From an uncultured bacterium (GTDB taxonomy: Bacteria > Bacteroidota > Bacteroidia > Bacteroidales > Bacteroidaceae), in NCBI GenBank assembly GCA_905215575.1, contig CAJMQV010000003.1, positions 11,965 to 75,964 on the forward strand: DNA of 64,000 bases, given 5' to 3'. The position numbers and the translations under genes are program-made. Under the pieces are notes generated by a model that saw nothing but the letters and a program-made list of their open reading frames with translations, was not told the origin of the DNA and made no database searches. Positions 58,983 to 64,000 of the stretch are shown in pieces. Position 1 is the first letter of the stretch; each line of letters starts with the position of its first letter.

Positions 58983-59828
58983 TTAGTTACCAGTAGAGAA
59001 CCACTTTTTATTCATTTCTTCCAGAAAGTTTAGAGTAAGATCATAAGGACTGTTTTCCGGGAGTAGGGCATCGGTGCCACAAAATGGACATACGGCTGTT
59101 TCTCCTTTGCTATCCTTAATGAAGTCTTCTATTTCATAAGAAGGAAAAATCCTATTGCAGGAAAAACATCCGCAATATTCTGATTTTTCTATAAGTTCTT
59201 TGTTGCAAATAGAATATTTATGAGCATCTTGAAGCACCGCTTCTGCCATTTTTTGTTGGGTTTTCTTGTCTTTGATGCGGTTTATCTGTTTTTGTGCAAT
59301 CAGACTGCATAATGTTTGGGCTGCCGATTCTGATAAATGATGACTGGAACTGAGTGTTCGGGGCAGATGTCCTAAATCATCTTGAATGTCGTAATAATAT
59401 TTTTCTCCGAACAGTTCGTCCGCATCGCCGATAAAGCAATAAATCCGTTCTTTATCATCCTTCGGAAAATATCTCCACTTATATTCAAATGGTTCATAGG
59501 TATCAATCATTTCTTTCGAAGCTGCCGGCAGTCCGTTTTGTGCTTTGAGTTTAGGTAGCTCAATGCTGGGCAGATAGCAGGGATTGACGACAAAGCGTTC
59601 CACACCTTCGATGAGGAGAGTCAGGAAGCCGCCTAAAGAGCAACCAATTACCAAATCGATTTTCTCCTTTTGAATGGTTTCCTGTATCTGTCTTAAGGCT
59701 ACATTGCAATTATTCTGGTCGTAATCCATACCAATGATTTTACATCCTTGGGGCAGATGTTTCTTTAATAAACTAAAGCTATGTCCTTCTGGCGAACCGT
59801 TAAAGCCGTGTATGTATAAGATATTCAT
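58983..59828 (-). CDS. YqiA/YcfP-family alpha/beta hydrolase fused to a Cys-rich domain
   Basis: YIHGFNGS, GCSLGG, VNP; C-terminal CGCFSC...CPFCG. Confidence 0.82.
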   Translation of the reverse strand: MNILYIHGFNGSPEGHSFSLLKKHLPQGCKIIGMDYDQNNCNVALRQIQETIQKEKIDLVIGCSLGGFLTLLIEGVERFVVNPCYLPSIELPKLKAQNGLPAASKEMIDTYEPFEYKWRYFPKDDKERIYCFIGDADELFGEKYYYDIQDDLGHLPRTLSSSHHLSESAAQTLCSLIAQKQINRIKDKKTQQKMAEAVLQDAHKYSICNKELIEKSEYCGCFSCNRIFPSYEIEDFIKDSKGETAVCPFCGTDALLPENSPYDLTLNFLEEMNKKWFSTGN

Positions 59829-59877
59829 ATTAAAGTTTTTAGGAAGATGTTTTATAGATAATATTATTTTGTATGAA

Positions 59878-60306
59878 TTACTTTTGAAACATCATAGAAC
59901 TTCTGCATGCCCATTCCAGCAGATTTACATCAAGGGTGGTGTCATCAATTTCAGAATCGGAATGGGGAAGAAGAATCCTCATCTGTGATGTCGGAAGAAT
60001 ATCCTGTTGGGTATGATAGTCTTCCAGTCGGAGCATAAACAGCATGAGTTGCGAAATCGGTTCCCAAAATGTTTTTTGGGTCAAGCTGTTCACATGATCC
60101 AGACAAAGTATCTTTTGAGAATCTGTGGCTTCCCGAATCAATTTATATATGGTGTCAGCCTGGTTTATCTGGCGACAATCAGCATAGATGACATTCTCAT
60201 CCAGATATTCAGAAAAATCTTCTTTATGATAATCTTCGGGTAAAGCTAAAAGAGCTATTGCCTTGGGATTCTTCATAAATAGCTGATAACAAGTATTGAT
60301 GCTCAT
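59878..60306 (-). CDS. hypothetical protein
   Basis: 142-aa ORF co-oriented with and upstream of the esterase. Confidence 0.55.
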   Translation of the reverse strand: MSINTCYQLFMKNPKAIALLALPEDYHKEDFSEYLDENVIYADCRQINQADTIYKLIREATDSQKILCLDHVNSLTQKTFWEPISQLMLFMLRLEDYHTQQDILPTSQMRILLPHSDSEIDDTTLDVNLLEWACRSSMMFQK

Positions 60307-60680
60307 AGTTCTTTATTATGTTAGTGGGTATTCAAAGGTAATATAGAAACTTTGGAACAGAAATTCAAATTTTATTAAACCAATATTAGTTCCCTCATAC
60401 AAATTTATATCTATCTCATGAATCAGTTATGGTCCATATAGGTCCTTGTAAACTTGCCTTTTCCATTTTAATAATATGTAACTTCTTTAATAAAAGGTTT
60501 GCATATATAGAATAATTTATATAAATTGCGAGCGTACTTTTTATAGAATCTTTCTCAATATAAAGAAAGAGTGAAAGGTTCTTGTTCAAATTCCATGAAA
60601 AATATCTTTGTTACAAGATGGTTAGATTTCATTGAATATCACTTGTATCAATAGTTTTTAAAAAGAGGAGGATTAAATAT

Positions 60681-61532
60681 ATGAGAAAAAGTCTTATACT
60701 TTTTTTACTGTTTTCTTTAGGACTACATGCGCAGCAGAAGCAAGGACGTGTTTATCGTCCTGTTTCTAAAGGTGTAGGAGAATTAACGGAGATTGGTCGG
60801 GCACAAGTGGAGGTGATGTATGCCCTTAATGCAGAGGATGTTCATGACGAAAGCACTTACATAGATCTTCAAGTGCTACGTGCAGGGATGGGGATCAGCA
60901 AATATTGTAGCCGTTTCCTGGAGTTGAATGACTCGCTTTGTGATGATTTCAGCAAACGCAATCCGAACGCTCAAAGTAGGCCGAAAATTTTTTATTCAGG
61001 AGGACGAGAACGGGAGTTTTGGAGTGAATACCAGTTTACGGATATCTATACAGAGAACGGCCAACACACATTCTATGCTTGGATGCCCAAATATATGGAA
61101 CGGTATAATGCTTATTACACAGAACCGGTTCAATATCAGCAATGGACATTGGAGGACAAACATCAGATGATACTTGGCTATGATTGTCAGCTGGCTACGT
61201 GTCATTGGCGGGGACGCGATTTTGAGGCGTGGTTTGCAACAGATATTCCCGTACGTCTCGGACCTTGGACATTTGGTGGTCTGCCGGGTTTGATATTGAA
61301 ACTTAACGACACACAGAATCTTTACACCTGGGAAGCCGTAGGATTGCGTTCCGGCGATTTTCCCATTACGAAACGCAAATATGAAGGCTTTCATAAGAAC
61401 AGTCGTAAAAACATATATCGTCTGCAAGTTGCCGTCAATCGTAACTACTTTAAGCTTGGAGGGGCGAGAGACCGAACAACAGGACTTCTAAAATCGAAGA
61501 ATGCTCCTTATGATCCGTTGGAGTTAGAATAA
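60681..61532 (+). CDS. GLPGLI-family protein
   Basis: AWFATDIP...GPW.FGGLPGLIL. Confidence 0.93.
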   Translation: MRKSLILFLLFSLGLHAQQKQGRVYRPVSKGVGELTEIGRAQVEVMYALNAEDVHDESTYIDLQVLRAGMGISKYCSRFLELNDSLCDDFSKRNPNAQSRPKIFYSGGREREFWSEYQFTDIYTENGQHTFYAWMPKYMERYNAYYTEPVQYQQWTLEDKHQMILGYDCQLATCHWRGRDFEAWFATDIPVRLGPWTFGGLPGLILKLNDTQNLYTWEAVGLRSGDFPITKRKYEGFHKNSRKNIYRLQVAVNRNYFKLGGARDRTTGLLKSKNAPYDPLELE

Positions 61533-61598
61533 AAACAGGATAATAAATGAACCTATTGCGAGTGTATCTTGTTTCCTATCTGCTTAATATGAATCATT

Positions 61599-64000
61599 AT
61601 GAAGAAATCACACATTATATTCGGTGTCCTCATAGCTATTTGCGGAGATTTGAAAGCCCAAACCATTATTACGGGCACTGTACTTGATACTCAGGGCCGG
61701 ACTGTAGATGCTTATGTAACAGTCTCGTTAAAGGATAATAGCAGTATTCTAGGCTATGCAGGAACAGACGATAAGGGATATTATAAATTGGAGTGTAAAG
61801 CTCAAGGCGATTCTCTTGTGGTGACAGTGGCCGGACTGGCTATAGGCAAACAGACAAAGGTTATAGCTAATCGCACGCAACAGTTGAATTTCCAAGTAAA
61901 GGATAAAGGTATAAAACTTAAGGAGATAAGTGTGCGTGCACCGAAAATAAGCGAGCATGGAGATACGTTGAATTATCATGTTGCTTCCTACCAACAGCAG
62001 GGAGATCGTGTCATAGCTGATGTACTGAAGCGTATGCCCGGTATAGAGGTTTCCAACAATGGAGCGATTAAGTTTAATGGTAAGAGTATTTCCAAGTTCT
62101 ATGTTGAGGATATGGATTTGTTGCAAGGTCGCTATGGTTTGGCCACAAATAATGTGAATGCTCAGGATGTGGCTACGGTGCAGGTATTGCAAAACCATCA
62201 GTCCGTGAAAGCACTTCAGGGACGTATTTTTACCGATGAAGTGGCCATAAACCTGAAACTGAAAAACTCGGCAAAGGGCACCGTGGCTGTGAACGCGATG
62301 CTGGGAGCGGGTGGTCAGATGTCGAGCGGATGGGGGATTGGAACCAGTCCACTGTCGGAGGGTATGACTACAATCGGGCGCAATCCGCTATGGACTACAG
62401 AACTGGTGGGTATGTATTTTGCCAAGCAAAGACAGAATATGACTTTGTATAAGGGAAACAATACGGGAGATGACGTGTCTAAGGAGCTCATACAGCATTA
62501 TTCCGGCATCAACAGTGTGGGACTTAATCCTTTTTGCCCAATGGATGCCGTGATGCCGCCGGGCAGTAGTTTGCCTCAGAAGCGTAGCTTTGACAACCAT
62601 TCGCATATTCTTACGGCAAACCATTTGGAAAAAGTGGGAGCGGATGCGGAATTGACTTTTAACGTGGCTTATCAAAACGACCGCATACGAAGGGAGGGAA
62701 CATCAGATGTAGATCGCTTTCTTAGCGAGGACCAACGATTACTGAGCAGTGAGACGCTGATTTCTCAGACAAAACAGAACAACCTCAGTACAAAATTGCG
62801 CTATTGTCGTAATGCAGCAAATGCTTTTACGGCAAATGTCTTTCAGTTTGACGGTGGATGGAATGATGATAACGTGTCCAGTCAACTGTCTTCGGGGCTT
62901 ATGGGGGAATATCCGATAGACTATGGAGACAATCGGGTCAGTCAGCGTTTTCATCGTCCGTCATTTTCGGTGACCAATACGCTGAATACCATACGCAATT
63001 TCGGCAAGCATACGTTTGACCTGAATTTCTCGGCTGGCTATGCTCAACGTCCAAATACACTCGTGGTGGATGTAGACAGTTTGCTACAAGGTACAGCCGT
63101 ACATTATCAGCAGGATTTGACTTCGCATAACATAGCCGGAAATATCCATACCAATTACTCGTTACATCTTGGTCCCTTCTCGTTGCATTATGGGCTGGTC
63201 GCTCACGCCAGCTTACATGGGATAAAGACAGACCTTGATGGCTTTGTACCACCTGTAGAAGAGGCTTCCCTGCAAAATGATCTTTGGTATAATACTTACG
63301 AACTGGCTCTTTCTCAGTTCTATAAGTTTGAAAAAAGCGGTTGGCGACTTTCTTTGGGGTGTCCGCTCAATCTATACACGCAGACACTGGACGACCGTGT
63401 TCGTCGCGACAGACAAAGTTATACTCATCTGCTTGTTACTCCATCTGTATCTGCCAGTTACGAATGGCTGGACTGGACTGGAAGTGTCAGTGCTTCCTAT
63501 TATAAGAGTGTGGGTGATCCCAATGGTATATACAGTGGCTATATTATGAACAACTATCGTTCGTTTCAGCGGTCGTATGTGGAGCAGTTGTCCGAAACAG
63601 CCCGTATGAACGCAGGTGCCACACTTGCTTATCGCAGTGCTCTTTATGCTACTTTTTTCCGTATCAATGCCAATTATAGCCACACCCGTGATAATCAGAT
63701 TTATGGTTATGACTATCAAGGAGCCACAAGTGTGATACAGGCTGTAGATCAGGAAACTTTTTCTGATAGTTATAGCCTCGGTTTCGATGGCAGTAAGGGC
63801 TTTGATTGGTTACAGACTACTATCCGTGCCTTTGCAGGTTACAGTTACAGCCAAAGCGAGCGGCTCATTGAGAAAAAAGTTTATCCTTTCCATGTGCAAA
63901 CTGTCAGTGTTGGTGCGGGAGGTAGCATCACACCCTTGCCGTGGTTTAACATTGTTGTAAGCAGCGGATATGCGTGGAACGTGTCGGCAACGAATAGCTG
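61599..64000 (+). CDS. TonB-dependent-receptor-like outer-membrane protein with carboxypeptidase-regulatory-like N-terminus (3' end outside window; not in the ORF track)
   Basis: MKKSHIIFG..., GDTLNYHV..Y....DRVIADVLKRMPGIEV...G.IKFNGK.I.KFYVE..DLL.GRY; typical partner of GLPGLI genes. Confidence 0.85.
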   Translation, partial: MKKSHIIFGVLIAICGDLKAQTIITGTVLDTQGRTVDAYVTVSLKDNSSILGYAGTDDKGYYKLECKAQGDSLVVTVAGLAIGKQTKVIANRTQQLNFQVKDKGIKLKEISVRAPKISEHGDTLNYHVASYQQQGDRVIADVLKRMPGIEVSNNGAIKFNGKSISKFYVEDMDLLQGRYGLATNNVNAQDVATVQVLQNHQSVKALQGRIFTDEVAINLKLKNSAKGTVAVNAMLGAGGQMSSGWGIGTSPLSEGMTTIGRNPLWTTELVGMYFAKQRQNMTLYKGNNTGDDVSKELIQHYSGINSVGLNPFCPMDAVMPPGSSLPQKRSFDNHSHILTANHLEKVGADAELTFNVAYQNDRIRREGTSDVDRFLSEDQRLLSSETLISQTKQNNLSTKLRYCRNAANAFTANVFQFDGGWNDDNVSSQLSSGLMGEYPIDYGDNRVSQRFHRPSFSVTNTLNTIRNFGKHTFDLNFSAGYAQRPNTLVVDVDSLLQGTAVHYQQDLTSHNIAGNIHTNYSLHLGPFSLHYGLVAHASLHGIKTDLDGFVPPVEEASLQNDLWYNTYELALSQFYKFEKSGWRLSLGCPLNLYTQTLDDRVRRDRQSYTHLLVTPSVSASYEWLDWTGSVSASYYKSVGDPNGIYSGYIMNNYRSFQRSYVEQLSETARMNAGATLAYRSALYATFFRINANYSHTRDNQIYGYDYQGATSVIQAVDQETFSDSYSLGFDGSKGFDWLQTTIRAFAGYSYSQSERLIEKKVYPFHVQTVSVGAGGSITPLPWFNIVVSSGYAWNVSATNS

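Noticed and set aside
61749..63719. Several short ORFs near the window end
   Set aside because: They are shadows of the long + strand receptor-like gene starting at 61599.

Overview
This is a Bacteroidales (Prevotella/Phocaeicola-like) chromosomal window, judged from the TAnnTTTG promoters, SusC/SusD pair and T9SS-type cargo. It opens with the 3' end of mnmE (trmE), followed by a ~15 kb mosaic accessory island (~690-15700) with no integrase. The island holds two pseudogenes, then an XRE-HTH gene leading two tandem STAND/NLR-like ATPases. The first ATPase is 1599 aa (Zn-ribbon, Sm-like, OB-like, TPR, Ig-like, ATPase). The second is 605 aa (ATPase, RxxxxH HEPN-like motif, cold-shock-like tail). 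A WYL regulator follows directly. The strongest signal is three copies of the palindrome TGGTTCC-N9-GGAACCA, each centred exactly 53 bp upstream of a Bacteroidota -7 promoter element. These three units precede (i) an unannotated 41-aa membrane peptide, (ii) a basic 131-aa protein and (iii) an operon of two small paralogous proteins plus a PIF1-family helicase with a TPR-like tail. I infer an uncharacterised WYL-activated defence or DNA-damage module coupled to a dual-STAND system. The rest of the window holds housekeeping genes, a MarR-TolC-HlyD-MFS efflux operon and a large surface/proteolysis region (T9SS cargo, M6 protease, SusCD-metallopeptidase locus, TlpA-DUF6029-Omp28 cluster). It ends with a helicase IV-like gene, a C10 peptidase remnant and a GLPGLI plus TonB-receptor-like pair running off the window. 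All family assignments come from reading motifs by eye; no searches were run.
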